Position numbers and translations under genes: made by a program. Below are positions 25,358 through 37,999 of a DNA stretch of 64,000 bases, in pieces. This DNA is from Chiloscyllium plagiosum (lineage: Eukaryota), in contig NC_057718.1 in the NCBI RefSeq assembly GCF_004010195.1, positions 81,834,110 to 81,898,109 of the forward strand, read 5' to 3'. How positions within the stretch are numbered: the stretch's first letter is position 1; every line of letters starts with the position of its first letter. Below the pieces are notes generated by a model. The model made no database searches. It was not told where the DNA came from and saw only the letters and a list, made by a program, of their open reading frames with translations.

Positions 25358-26310
25358 TTTGAGACAAGGTAGAAAACAGAGGGTGGTAGTGGAGGGTTGT
25401 TTTTCAGACTGGAGGCCTGTGACAAGTGGAGTGCAACAAGGATCGGTGCTGGGTCCACTACTTTTTGTCATTTATATAAATGATTTGGATGCGAGCATAA
25501 GAGGTACAGTTAGTAAGTTTACAGATGACACCAAAATTGCAGGTGTAGTGGACAGCAAAAAAGGTTATCTCAGATTATAACAGAATCTTGATCAGATGGC
25601 CAATGGACTGAGAAGTGGCAGATAGAGTTTAATTTAGATAAATGTGGTGCTACATTTTGGGAAAGCAAATCTTAACAGGACTTATATACTTAATGGTAAG
25701 GTCCTGGGGAGTGTTGCTGAACAAAGAGACCTTGGAGTGCAGATTCATAGCTCCTTGAAAGTGGAGTCACAGGTAAATAAGATAGTGAAGAAGGCGTTTG
25801 GTATGCTTTCCTTTATTGGTCAGAGTACTGAGCACAGGAGTTGGGAGGTCATGTTGCGGCTGTACAGGACATCGGTTAGGTTACTGTTGGAATATTGCAT
25901 GCAATTCTGGTCTTCCTGTTGGAAAGATGTTGTGAAACTTGAAAGGGTTCAGAAAAGATTTACAAGGATGTTGCCAAGATTAGAGGATTTGAGCTACAGG
26001 GAGAGGTTGAATAGGCTGGGGCTATTTTCCCTGGAGAGTCAGAGGCTGAGGAGTGACTTACTAGAGGTTTAAGAGTCAGAGGCTGAGGAGTGACTTACTA
26101 GAGGTTTATAAAATCCTGGATAGGAGAAATAGACAAAGTTTTTTCCCTGGGGTGGGGGAGTCCAGAATTAGAGGGTATAGGTTTAAAGTGTGAGGGGAAA
26201 GATATAAAAGAGAACTATGGGGCAACTTTTTCACGCAGAGGATGGTACGTGTATGGAATGAGCTGCCAGAAAAAGTGGTGGAGACTGGTACAATTGCAAC
26301 ATTTAAAAAG
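25358..26310 (+). mobile_element. CR1 RT fragment with an internal 37-bp tandem duplication (26035-26108)
   Basis: [45 protein letters not shown]. Confidence 0.93.
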
Positions 26311-26373
26311 CTAAAAATCACACAACACCAGGTTATAATCCAACAGGTTTAATTGGAAGCACACTAGCTTTCG
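26311..26373 (-). mobile_element. PLE pseudo-LTR tip with the 3' half of a hammerhead
   Basis: AAAAATCACACAACACCAGG..CCAACAGGTTTA.TTGGAAGC..CTAGCTTTCG matches 40224-40281. Confidence 0.8.
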
Positions 26374-26580
26374 ATCTAATCTAATCTAATCTAATCTAAT
26401 CTAATCTAATCTAATCTAATCTAATCTAATCTAATCTAATCTAATCTAATCTAATCTAATCTAATCTAATCTAATCTAATCTAATCTAATCTAATCTAAT
26501 CTAATCTAATCTAATCTAATCTAATCTAATCTAATCTAATCTAATCTAATCTAATCTAATCTAATCTAATCTAATCTAAT
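26374..26580 (+). repeat. Perfect (CTAAT)n microsatellite, about 41 units
   Basis: Read directly; same motif as the HE1 SINE tails. Confidence 0.98.
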
Positions 26581-26651
26581 ATGTAATGAGCTGCATCTTG
26601 ACCAATCCGAGGGTAGTTGCTAGACGGTCTTTCTTTAACTCAGAGACACTT

Positions 26652-26781
26652 AGAGTCATAAAGTCATAGAGATGTACAGCACGGAAACAGATCCTTTGGT
26701 CCAATTTTCCATGCCGACCAAATATCCCAACCCACAGTCCCACCTGCCAGCACCCAGCCCATATCCCTCCAAACCCTTCCC
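26652..26781 (-). mobile_element. CR1 3' tail, inverted relative to 25358-26310
   Basis: GAGTCATAAAGTCATAGAGATGTACAGCACGG..CCATATCCCTCCAAACCCTTCC. Confidence 0.85.
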
Positions 26782-28777
26782 AATATCTGTAAGTATAGGA
26801 CAGCATGACACCTCGAGACCAGGAGAATTAAAAGCCTCTCCCTCCTCTTTTCTCCTGGCATGAATAAAATGTATTAAAAATAACAAAAACAGCTTAAAAG
26901 AAAGAATTCTAAAAAAAGACAAAAGACTGGATCCTTATCAAATTAAAGAACGTCAGCTACTTTACAGATAATAGTGTTAAAAATTGAAAGGAACTGTGAG
27001 AGAAGGTTTAACCCACCATTAAGACCTGGACTTCTGATCATCAGAATTTTGTTTTATCCTGTGCATATTACTTTCCACCCATAATAGCTGCATCAGATTG
27101 TGTGGGTTTTAATAAAATCTGTCTTAAATGTGCATGTTTGTGTGTATATTTTGGAGTCTTTGAAGGGACATAGTTTATATTAGTAATTCTTTGGCAGGCA
27201 CTCGAATTGGTCAGCTTGGTGGTCTAAGTGGGAATTTATGGATTTGTGACGGCTGTTTGAACACTGGGGCATGATTTATGTCATGATACTTGTAAATAGT
27301 GGGAAAATTTAGCAAAACAGGGCTCAATGGGGAGATGTTTGCTGATGATTACCCAACATTCAGCTCCTCAGTTATTAAAGCAGTACATGTCCATATCCAG
27401 GCTAACATGCAAAATTATCAGCCTCTGACTTGCTCTAAGTAATAGAGAAACCCTTAAGCTTTGATGTGGTGGTTTGGATGATGGCAATACCATTGAATGT
27501 CAATGAGACATGGTTGGATTCTCTCTTGCTGCAGATGGCTATTTCTTGATGCTTTTAGGCATAAATGCTACTTGACATTTATCACTCCGAACCCAAATGT
27601 TACTCTGGATGTGGGCAGGTACTGTTTTAATATCTGAGGAGCTGTGAGTGGAACTGAATGTTGGGTAATCATCAGCAAATATATTCATGTTGAATCCTAG
27701 TTTAGAGGGAAGATCATTAATGAAACAACTAAAGATGGTTGTCCCTATGTACCAACCAGAGAAATATCCGCAGATTGAGATGATTGATCTGTAAGAATCA
27801 CAAGCAGTGTGCTTTGTGCCAGGTATGTATATGACTAGCCATGTTTTCCCCCATTGACTCCAGTTTTGCTATATTTGGTCAAATAGCACCTTGAAATCCA
27901 GTCACTCTCATCTCGCTGCTGGAGTTCAACTCTTTTGTCCATGTTAGAACCAGGATTTTCTTTCCCCATATATATATAGCCTCGGTCACTTCTCAGATCC
28001 TGTATTGGATAACAATCAGGGAAATGCTTGTAACATTGCCTGTGCTGTCTGGAATAATCCAGTCATTCAGTATTTGCAAGTGATGATGACTCAGGCAGTT
28101 ACTGGCAGAAGCATCCATATCCCGTGGTGAGGTTTCAGATCCTGCTAATGTAGGTGACACAGTTCACTAACACAAAGGATGGTATCCTAGGCTTTGTTCC
28201 TGGCTGAGGAGCAATACTCCCTTGGTACCTAGAGCCTTCCTTTTCCATTCCACAGTTTCTGCCTGTAGCCTGAGCTGACCCCCAGCTCTTTCTGCTCTGC
28301 AATGTATTCAGGATCGCATTCTGCTGCAAATCAAATCCCACCACCATTGGCAATCCTGCTCCCCATAAGGATGCTGGTCTCATTATTGTTCAGATGTAAC
28401 CCATCCTACCCTGCAGAGTTCCCTCTTCACCCAGAAAGGGTCCACACTTTATCTTGGAAGATTCTCCCACGTTAAAAGTGTTCTTGCACAGGTTTTTGTC
28501 CAAGCTCATCTTTCTTCAGAAGTCCTGTGACAATGGGGACATGATGGAGGTGATCAGTAATAGTCACAGCCAGAAACCTGTACATATCCCACAAAGTAGC
28601 GGCCACTCAACTCTGAACCTAGACAGATAGAAATTTATGGTTACTCGTATTTGTGAAAATACAGTAAAATGTGTATAAGTTGCCACAAAATTTAATTACA
28701 TAAATTATATATTTTAAAAAAAGGCAAAATTACAGCAAATATCATTTTTTTGTTCATTCCATGTACTGGTCACTGCC

Positions 28778-28942
28778 AAGACCATAAGACCATAAGACAT
28801 AGGAGCGGAAGTAAGGCCATTCGGCCCATCGAGTCCACTCCGCCATTCAATCATGGCTGATGGGCATTTCAACTCCACTTACCCGCATTCTCCCCGTAGC
28901 CCTTAATTCCTTGTGACATCAAGAATTTATCAATTTCTGCCT
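28778..28942 (-). mobile_element. Short 5'-truncated CR1, (TATGGTCT)n tail subfamily
   Basis: AAGACCATAAGACCATAAGACATAGGAGCGGAAGTAAGGCCATTCGGCCC; CpG-rich, so probably young. Confidence 0.85.
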
Positions 28943-29455
28943 TTGATGTGAATACTACAAAAATAACAATGTGCAGAATAAACTCATCTGTATTCATTGA
29001 ACATATACACGGATACGTATCATAAATTTAAAATGCACATTGTGCCCACAATGTTGGTTTAATGAAATAAACCTTTGATATAATGTGTACTATGATGATA
29101 CCTTGAACCAAACATATGTAATTTGGGCACAGTACAAGTTAAAAATGAGCCATGGGTATAACAGCACGAGTGCATGTGTAAACTACTTTTTAAAATATAT
29201 TCGTTCATGTGATGTGAATGTCACTGTATAGAGCAGCATTTGTTGTCCAACCCTGAATTCCCTCGAGGAAATGTTGGTGAGCTGCCTCTTGAACTGCTGC
29301 AGTGCTTGATGAGTAGGGGCAGCCACTGTGCTGTTAGGAATGGAAATCTGGGACTTTGATCCATTGATACAGAAGGAATGCCGATATATTTCTAAATCAG
29401 GAGAGTGTATGGCTTGGAGGGAAATTTGCAGATGGTTGAGTTCCCATGCTTTCTA

Positions 29456-29713
29456 TGATTACTTATAGTGTGGAAACAGGCCCTTCGGCCCAACAAGTCC
29501 ACACCGACCCGCTGAAGCGCACTTACCCAGACCCATTCCCCTACATTTACCCCTGCACCTAACTACGGGCAATTTAACATGGCCAATTCGCCTGACCCGT
29601 ATATCTTTGGACTGTGGGAGGAAACCAGAGCACCCGGAGAAAACCCATGCAGACATGGGGAGAATGTGCAAACTCCACACAGTCAGTCGCCTGAGGCGGG
29701 AATTGAACTCTGG
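29456..29713 (-). mobile_element. HE1-type V-SINE (head lost in gap)
   Basis: Reverse complement of core and tail. Confidence 0.93.
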
Positions 29714-30334
29714 NNNNNNNNNNNNNNNNNNNNNNNNNNNNNNNNNNNNNNNNNNNNNNNNNNNNNNNNNNNNNNNNNNNNNNNNNNNNNNNNNNNNNNN
29801 NNNNNNNNNNNNNNNNNNNNNNNNNNNNNNNNNNNNNNNNNNNNNNNNNNNNNNNNNNNNNNNNNNNNNNNNNNNNNNNNNNNNNNNNNNNNNNNNNNNN
29901 NNNNNNNNNNNNNNNNNNNNNNNNNNNNNNNNNNNNNNNNNNNNNNNNNNNNNNNNNNNNNNNNNNNNNNNNNNNNNNNNNNNNNNNNNNNNNNNNNNNN
30001 NNNNNNNNNNNNNNNNNNNNNNNNNNNNNNNNNNNNNNNNNNNNNNNNNNNNNNNNNNNNNNNNNNNNNNNNNNNNNNNNNNNNNNNNNNNNNNNNNNNN
30101 NNNNNNNNNNNNNNNNNNNNNNNNNNNNNNNNNNNNNNNNNNNNNNNNNNNNNNNNNNNNNNNNNNNNNNNNNNNNNNNNNNNNNNNNNNNNNNNNNNNN
30201 NNNNNNNNNNNNNNNNNNNNNNNNNNNNNNNNNNNNNNNNNNNNNNNNNNNNNNNNNNNNNNNNNNNNNNNNNNNNNNNNNNNNNNNNNNNNNNNNNNNN
30301 NNNNNNNNNNNNNNNNNNNNNNNNNNNNNNNNNN
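29714..30334. other. Assembly gap
   Basis: Run of N. Confidence 1.
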
Positions 30335-30800
30335 AAACTTTTATTATCATTTCTAATATTACTGGCTAGCCTACCTTTATATTTGATCCTCTCCTTCCTT
30401 ATTTCACTCTTTGTTATCCTCTGTTTGTTTTTGTAGCCTTCCCAATCTTCTGATTTCCCAGTGCTCTTGGCCACTTTATAGGCTCTCTCTTTTTCTTTGA
30501 TAGATTTCCTGATTTCCATGGCTGTCTAATCCCTCCCCGATAATCTTTCTCTTCTTGGTGATGAACCTCTGTACAGTGTCCTCAATTTTACCCACAAACT
30601 CCTGCCACTTTTGCTCTGCTGTCTTCCCTGCTAGGCTCTGCTTCCAGTCTATTTTCATCAGTTCCTCTCTCATGCCCTCATAATTACCTTTATTTAACTG
30701 TAACACTATTACATCAGATTTTGCCTTCTCTCTTTCAAACTGCAGACTGAACTCTACCATATTATGATCGCTGCTTCCTAAGTGTTCCCTTACTTTAAGA
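30335..30800 (-). mobile_element. CR1 ORF2 fragment (APE end and linker)
   Basis: SDHN-MVEFSLQFERE..KGNYEGMREEL..KERAYKVAK. Confidence 0.85.
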
Positions 30801-30817
30801 TTTTTTTAAGATGGTTG

Positions 30818-31470
30818 CCAAACTGCCAAAGACCGAGGCTTTCTCCAACTTCCAAGGACCAGAGGCCTGTCGAAACTGCCAAGCACGAGAGGCCTGTCGA
30901 AATTGTCAAGGACCAGGGGCCAGTTGAGGACCGGGGCCAGTTGAAACTGCCAAAGACTGAGGCCTTCACCAACCTCTGAATACCAGAGGCCTGTCGAAAC
31001 TGTCGAGGACTGGGACCTGTCAAAACTGTCAAGGACCAGAGGCCTGTCGAGGACTGGAGCCAGTTGAAATGCCAAAGACTGAGGCCTTCACCAACTTCCA
31101 AGGACCAGAGGCCTGTCGAAACTGTCAAAGGCTGGGGTCTGTCGAAACTGTCAAGGATCAGGTCCAGTTGAAATTGCCAAGGACTGAGGCCTTCTCCAGC
31201 TTCCAAGGACAGAGACCTGTTGAAACTGTTGAGGACCGGGGCCTGTTGAAACTGTCAAAGACTGGGGACTGTTGAAACTGTCGAGGACCGGGGCCTGTTG
31301 AAACCGTCAAGGACTGGGGACTGTCGAAACTGCCAAGGACCGGAGGATTGTTAAAACTGTCATGGACCCAGGGACTGTGAAACTGTCAAGGACTGGGGCT
31401 GGTGAAATTGCTGAGGACTGTGTCCTGTCGAAACTGCCAAGAACTGGGGCCTGTCAAAACTGCCGATGAC
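30818..31470 (+). repeat. GC-rich minisatellite, ~26-bp unit with interspersed variant unit
   Basis: About 25 copies of GGGGCCTGTYGAAACTGYCAAGGACY; variant GAGGCCTTCACCAACTTCCAAGGACCA near 30835, 30959, 31081 and 31186. Confidence 0.9.
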
Positions 31471-32014
31471 ATGTGCACCCATCTAAACTACCAAGTACTC
31501 AGGGTTTTCCAACTGAAACTGCCGGAACCCAGCTGCAGAAAGAAGAAAAGATGAATTTGATACAAAAAGTGAAATTAAGAAATAATAATAAGAAGTAATC
31601 ATAAAAAAAGAAGGATGCAGCTGGTCAGTCGAAAGGGAGTAGATGCGCTAGGAATCAAAAACACTACCTAACCTGCTGTCTCTGCCATTCAACAATGTAT
31701 CTGGAACAGCAAAGGAGTTTAGCATAGTCCAGGGTGACTAGGTAGCTCTCTTAAAGACAGCACTGCCCATGCCTAGTAAAGGAGGGGGTAAGGAAACATT
31801 GCCTGCCCTCGAAAGAACTGGCCAGCTTACCACAGTTAGCAGGTAGTCACCCACTAAGTTCCCAAATAACATCAAAATCAAAGAAATGAAAATGATTTAT
31901 CATTGGAGCTTGGAATTTCTGGATTCCACAGGACAGAAACAACACAACTAGACCTGAGAGGAGAGCAGTTCTTATATCCAAACACTATCATATCGACATA
32001 GCAGCATTGAGTAA

Positions 32015-32127
32015 GAGAAACAAACGCAGAAATGTTGGAGAAACTTGGCAGGAATGGCAGCATTTGTTCACCAGCATTCTCTGGGTCTTATTCAAATTTC
32101 CAGCATCTGCAGTATTTTCCTTTTATT
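32015..32127. mobile_element. Short inverted PLE terminus relic
   Basis: GAAATGTTGGAGAAACTTGGCAGG (minus end) followed by CCAGCATTCTCTG..TTTCCAGCATCTGCAGTATTTT (plus end). Confidence 0.55.
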
Positions 32128-32371
32128 CTCTTGATGTGAGTTTTCTAAAAGAAAACAGAGGTGGCTACACAGCTTTCTGAGAAAGAAAGATGGAGAGTGG
32201 CAACAGGGTACACAGTGGATGATCTTCTCTAATGAAAAGCTTTATGATTATCTGTCAGGATCAACAACTGCTTCGGAAAGTTGCTATGTTGACTAGACCA
32301 AGCAAGTCACACAACCATCATCAGAGCCTACCCACCAATTCTCAACAGCACTGGGCATGCAAAGTATCAAT

Positions 32372-32700
32372 TCATAGAATCTCTACAGTGTGGAAGCAGG
32401 CCATTTGACCAACTGAGTACACACCAATCCTCCAAAGAGCATCCTACCCAGAGCAATCCTCTATCCCTGATTTCCCATGGCTGATCCACCAAGCCTGCAC
32501 ATCCCTGGACACTACGGACAATTTACCATAGCCAATCCACCTAACCTGCACATTTTTGGACTGGAGGAGGAGAAAACCGGAACACCTGGAGGAAATGCAC
32601 ATAGACACGGGGAGAAAGTGTAAACTCCACACAGTCGTCCGAGGCTGGAATTGAACCTGCGTCCCTGGAGCTGTGAGGCAGCCATGCTAACCACTGAGTG
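32372..32700 (-). mobile_element. HE1-type V-SINE (long variant)
   Basis: Reverse core and head (CTGTGAGGCAGCCATGCTAACCACTGAG). Confidence 0.88.
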
Positions 32701-32821
32701 ACTGTGCACCCAGAAAATAAAAAGCTGGAGAGTAACCTCAGAGAATGATGAACTGAGTAGATAAGGCAATCATAAAGGAAATGCCTCCACTTGTGGGAGT
32801 CCTAATATTGGGGTGATATAT

Positions 32822-33134
32822 GATTAGATCCCCTCCAGTGCAGAAACAGGCCCTTCAGCCCAACCAGTCCACACTAACCCTCCAAACAGTAACCCATCCA
32901 GACTCATTTTCCTCTGACTAATGCACCTAGCACTATGGACAATTTAGCATGACCAATTCACCTGACCTGCACATCTTTGGACTGTGGGAGGAAACCAGAC
33001 ACCTAGAGGAAACCCACCCAGACACAGGGAGAATGTGCAAACTCCACACAGACAGTCGCCCAAGGCTGGAATCAAACCTGGGACCCTGGTGCTGTGAGGC
33101 AGTAGTGCTAACCACTGAGCCACCATGCTGCCCA
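32822..33134 (-). mobile_element. HE1-type V-SINE
   Basis: Reverse core; head ends GCCACCATGCTGCCC. Confidence 0.93.
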
Positions 33135-35399
33135 TATGTAAAAGACTTGCTAATAAAATCCAATAGAGAATGAAATATTCCATGGCAGCATGATATTAAG
33201 CTACTTGTGGTAATAGGAGAGCGAGTGATCAACAGCTTGGTCAAACTTTTAAAGAGTGCCTTAAAGGAGGCCAGTGAATTGACAGGTAGAAAGGTTTAAT
33301 GAGGACATTCCAAAAGCTAGGACCTTAGCAGATAAAAGCATGACCACCAACGGTTCAAGAGAAACAAATCCCAGAACGCACAAAATGCCTGAATCAGAGA
33401 ATGGAAGGAGATTACAGAGATGGGGAGCTGTGAGTCCATGAAGGGATTTGAATAAACATTGGAGTGAATTGGAAAGTGAGAGATGGGTTTGGATGCTTCA
33501 TTGAAGTTGTGGCAATTTAAGAGAATGTAAGAGTTTTGCGAAAGTACCATGAGAAAAAGAAGAGTTGGTTCTTCAAGATTGCCCACATTCATGATGACCA
33601 CAATACCATGACCAGAAACTTCCTGCAAAAACATTTGATCTCCCTGAGAGACGGGAACAGCATGGTGAAAAAGAAAATTCTGGGAATTTCTATTTGACCT
33701 CTTCAATTAGTGGAAACCAGTTCAGGAGATCACATGGACAATATGTAAGTTAACCATTCAGCCACTTATCGATCTGGGGTTTCTACCCCAGACAAGAAGC
33801 AGTCTTGCTCTCATTTGAATTAATGCAGAAGGTTGGCACCCGCCCGCCCGCACCAGCTGACATCCAGCCATTCCTACTCTCTGGCAGTAGAAGACCTGCC
33901 TAGTATCTAGCCTACTCTAACCTTGGTGTCTCTATTTTCAAGTCTGTTTCTTATGTCCTGGTCCTGATGAGTGCAAGATTAACACCTTCAACTTCTAATT
34001 TCCTTTTAGCAATGTTTAATTTCTGTACGACCAAGCATTTATTTATTCCAACTTTATGTGCAATTAACACATGTACCATATTCCTCTTTGACCTGTCAAA
34101 CTGAATTCATCTATCAATAAGCACTCAATGTGGAGCTTTCAGTATTTCATGGGACTAATAATCCTTGTTGTTCAAGGAAAAGTTCAAAATCGCATCACTG
34201 ATTCTGTGTGAACACAACATTTGATCGATTTGAGCTAATTGGAGGAGTGCCTACTAGGGATTTTGTATAATAAACACTCCCCTCATTTCTACATTCTGGT
34301 TTCTGTCTTCACATTTGAAATGGAAATTTGGCTTACAGCTTCTTGTGAATTTGATGCCCTCCCATTGTGTAGAGATAGAAAATTTTTCACTGTTGATCTT
34401 ACCAATATGTCTATTGTTTGCTTGATAGCTACTCATAAAACCACCGACAAACACTGTGACCCAGTCTATAGATACAATAAAACACAAGAGGCTTTCTCTT
34501 GATTGCCTCTCTCCTCCTTCAGATTTTGATTCTACACGTTCTCTGCGTATCTCAATTTTATGAATAACTCTACTTTCCAGAGATTGGCCTGTGGCTATGA
34601 CAGGCCATTTGTGGATGAATTAATGGATCAGATAAGCAATAAAAGGGAGGAGTGTTGGCGATATGTGATTACAGATTAAAGTGATGCCATTCAAGGGTCA
34701 ATGTTATATGGAACACTTGGGTAGAGAGCGACAAATAAAGATGAACACTCAAGAAATCGATGTACTAAAGTTTGTTCTTTCAACAAGTTGCAGACAATAC
34801 TGTCACCTGCTGGTCACTTGTGTGATAAACTTGTTACATTGGCAAATGAACAAAAAAATGTTTCTCTATAGACAGCATTAGATTGTGCATTTTCTAGTGG
34901 GAATAGTGAGTCTACCAGTGAACATCGATACTCACAAGTAAACTGGATAGCAACCTTTGATGTCTGCACACGCAGCGTCAAATGGTGAAATTCTGGAAGT
35001 TGTTATCCATGATGCCTTCACTAATGGATTCAGCATTAGCAGGTGAATTTATGGTTTTTATCTCGTACTAACCCAATAAATATACCAGAAAATGTTAGAT
35101 CTTATCTATTCATTTGTAACTCAATATTAATTAGGTCAACAAGTCTTAGTAACCACAATTGCTGGAGTTGAAAAAATATATTTAAACAAGTCTCAACCAC
35201 TGTTGGAGGTAAAAGAAAAGACTTACTCTTTCCAGGTTTTTTTATCCAATGGGCCTCCAATTTCATGCCTTTTCTTTTTCTCTTGTTTTCTATACATGGC
35301 ATTACATTGAATTACATATCCTGTTCAGGCCCTAGTGGCTCAGTAAGGATTCTTCAATCTGATCAGAAAAGTAATGGTTGAGTTAGTGAAATAGTTGTT

Positions 35400-35612
35400 T
35401 AAAGGCAAAATACTGCAGATGCTGGAATTCCAAAATGCTGGAGAAATTATCTGGCAGCATCTGTGGAGAGAGAAACAGAGGAATGTTTTCAGTCCAGTAT
35501 GGTTTTTTTCAGAACTTCTTTGTGCCAGATTCAAAACATTAACTCCATTTCTCTCTCCACAGATGCTGGCAGAACTACTGAGTTTCTCCAGCTTTCTCTG
35601 TGCATTTGTTTA
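35400..35612. mobile_element. Hairpin-shaped inverted PLE terminus relic
   Basis: GGCAAAATACTGCAGATGCTGG..CAGCATCTGTGGAGAGAGAAA..AATGTTTT versus AAAACATT..TTTCTCTCTCCACAGATGCTG..TTTCTCCAGC. Confidence 0.7.
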
Positions 35613-35945
35613 TCCTGTATAGATAGATCCCAGGTCCCTTTCCGCTGAACAGCATGCTAAAATAGATCTTTAACTCTGGTAATTTATCATTCACAAAATG
35701 TGTGGTCATCAGTAAACTGGTGAACATTTGTTTGTCACTGACTTGACAAATTTGGGCCAATGTACAGACAATATATCCTCATATCTTTTTATTTCTGTCA
35801 CCACCACAGTTAATATTAACATCCAATGAGAAACTTCATGAAAATACTCACTGAAGTAAAACAGTTAAAACAATATAGAGAGAAAAGTATGGAAATACTC
35901 AGGAAGTCAAACAACATAATTTGGTTTTCAAGTAAATACCTTTAA

Positions 35946-36199
35946 ATTAGATTAGATTACCTACAGCATGGAAACAGGCCCTTCAGCCCACCTCCCTCTG
36001 ACGAATACTCCTAGCACTATGGACAATTTAGTATGACCAATTCACCTGACCTGCACATCTTTGGACTGTGGGAGAAAACCCACACAGACACAGGGAGAAT
36101 GTGCAAACTCCACACAAACAGTCATCCAAGGCTGGAATTGAACCTGGGACCCTGCTGCTGTGAGGCAGCAGTGCTAACCACTGAGCCACCATACCGCCC
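35946..36199 (-). mobile_element. HE1-type V-SINE (internally deleted)
   Basis: TTAGATTAGATTAC tail, reverse core and head. Confidence 0.9.
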
Positions 36200-36299
36200 A
36201 TCTTCCTAATCTTTCCAAAATCTTAAAACACTTTGTAGAAATCTTATAAAGATTACACCAATTGTTTTAGACTGTGCATGAAAAATTGGAGAGGATAAT

Positions 36300-37868
36300 G
36301 TTTTAAAACAAGGGAATTGTGTAAGAAGATATTTGCTGTTTAAAAAAAAAGTTACTGGAGCACGATGTGAGGGTGAAAGAGTTCTGGAACCTTATTATAA
36401 GTGAAACGGAGTTCTGATGAAGAAGTGAGGAGGGTTTTTTTTTCTGTTTGAAACTTATGTACTTCAAAAAATATACGCAAATAAAACGCGAAGAAGGAGA
36501 GGTTGTTTTACATCGGTTTTTGTCTGTAGATTAAACACTGATGGAGGACTTGAAGAAGAGGTGTTTTTTTTTTCAATTATTGCAGCCAAGTGCTTGATAT
36601 TTTTTAAAAAGATTTTTAAAAATCTTTTGCATGATTAAGATTTAAATCTGTGGGGAAGGAAGGGTAGTTTCTTTTTATATAAGTGCTATTGAGAGCTTCT
36701 TTTTAGGTTTAATGTCAGTAATGGCATTCAAGAGACTCTGAATGTGATGACTAGTAGATTTAGAGAAGAGATTACACAGCAGGATCAGTTAGTTGTATAG
36801 ATGGGTGATTGTCAGGAAAAGTAAGAAGGTAGTTCAGAAGTCTCCTGTGGCTATTCCTCTCTCAAACAGATATTCTGTTTTGGGCACTGTTGAAGGGGAT
36901 AGTTTCTCAAATGAAAACAGAGTTGGCAGTCCAATCTTTGGCACTATGAATGAATCTTATGTTAAGCAGAGTTTATCAAGCTTTAAAAGAATAATTGTTA
37001 TGGAGGACTGTCTTGTTGGGAGCAGACAGGAGATTCTGCAGCAGTGAGCATGAATTTAGGAATGTTGCTTTCCTGTTGCCAAGGTTAAGGACACTCAGAA
37101 TGTTAGAAGCATATTGTCAAAGGGGGGAGTTAGAAGTCGAAGATTGCTGTTCACATTGGTAGGAATGACATAATTAGGGAAAGGGTTAAGGATTTGCAGA
37201 GTGAATATAAGAGGTTAGGTTGAAGGTTAAAAAACAGAACTGCAAAGTAGTAATCTCTGGTTGATTCCTGGTGCTAAGTTCTAATGAAAGAAGGATCAAA
37301 AGGATAGGGGAGATAAATCAATGCTTGAAGAGATGGAGTGATGTCCAGGGATTCAGTTTCTTAGATCTTTGGGGTCTCTTCTGGGACAGAATCTCCCTAC
37401 TCCAGAATCTCTTCTAGGACAGAAAAGACCCTTTCGAAACATATGAGTTTCACCCAAAATGGAAAGGGACAAATATCCTGGCAGAGAGATCTGCTAGTTC
37501 CACTTCAGGAGCCTGTGCATTGTAAGAGAGCAGGGTGGTGGGTTCGTAAGTAGCAAAAATAGATGAGGATTGTTCTGAATCAGAAAAGAGCATATTAATG
37601 AAAACAAAATAGACAATAGCAAGTCAGGGAACAAGGTAACGTTGAAAAAATTTATTGCGTTTATTTCAATGCAAGTAAGGCTGATGAACTCAGGGCATGT
37701 ATCAGAACATCAGACTGGGGTATCATAAATATTGCAAAATGTGACTGAGGGAAGGGCAGGATTGACAGCTCAATGTTATGGTTTTTAAAAGCTCTTGGAA
37801 GATAGAAAGGGAAGCGGGGGAAGGAGGGAGGTTTCTGTGCTGTATATCTCTATGACTCTCTATGACTC
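36300..37868 (+). mobile_element. Degenerate CR1 5' region (UTR, ORF1 esterase, APE start) joined to a CR1 3' tail
   Basis: SPVAIPLSNRYSVLGTVEGD; HIGRND-like CACATTGGTAGGAATGACATA; YFNA..KADELRA; ends GTTTCTGTGCTGTATATCTCTATGACTCTCTATGACTC. Confidence 0.75.
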
Positions 37869-37999
37869 AAACAGATGATCATATATGATATACCATTGCA
37901 AGTGCACCCTCTTGTGGCTATTTTGTTACATATGCACACAGGCAACTGAGAAGTTTCAGCTGAGTGCTTAAATTCCATGTTCATATATCAACCTATCTA

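Noticed and set aside
26374..26580. Telomeric repeat
   Set aside because: The unit is CTAAT/ATTAG, not vertebrate TTAGGG, and it matches the SINE tail motif.
26785..27290. Additional solo LTR
   Set aside because: LTR-like composition and AATAAA, but no clear TG..CA ends or TSD.
30818..31470. CRISPR-like array or tandem hammerheads (units contain GAAAC..GTC)
   Set aside because: Units are contiguous with no unique spacers, there are no cas genes and the context is eukaryotic; CUGANGA occurs only once (about 31411), without a pairable stem II.
34575..35045. Host coding exons (TTCCAG|AGATTG.. and ..AGCAG|GTGAAT)
   Set aside because: Short frames with no recognisable protein and unpaired or weak splice sites.
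36414..36455. CTGATGA as a hammerhead core (also 22498 and 37681)
   Set aside because: No stem II followed by GAAA; these lie within CR1-derived sequence.
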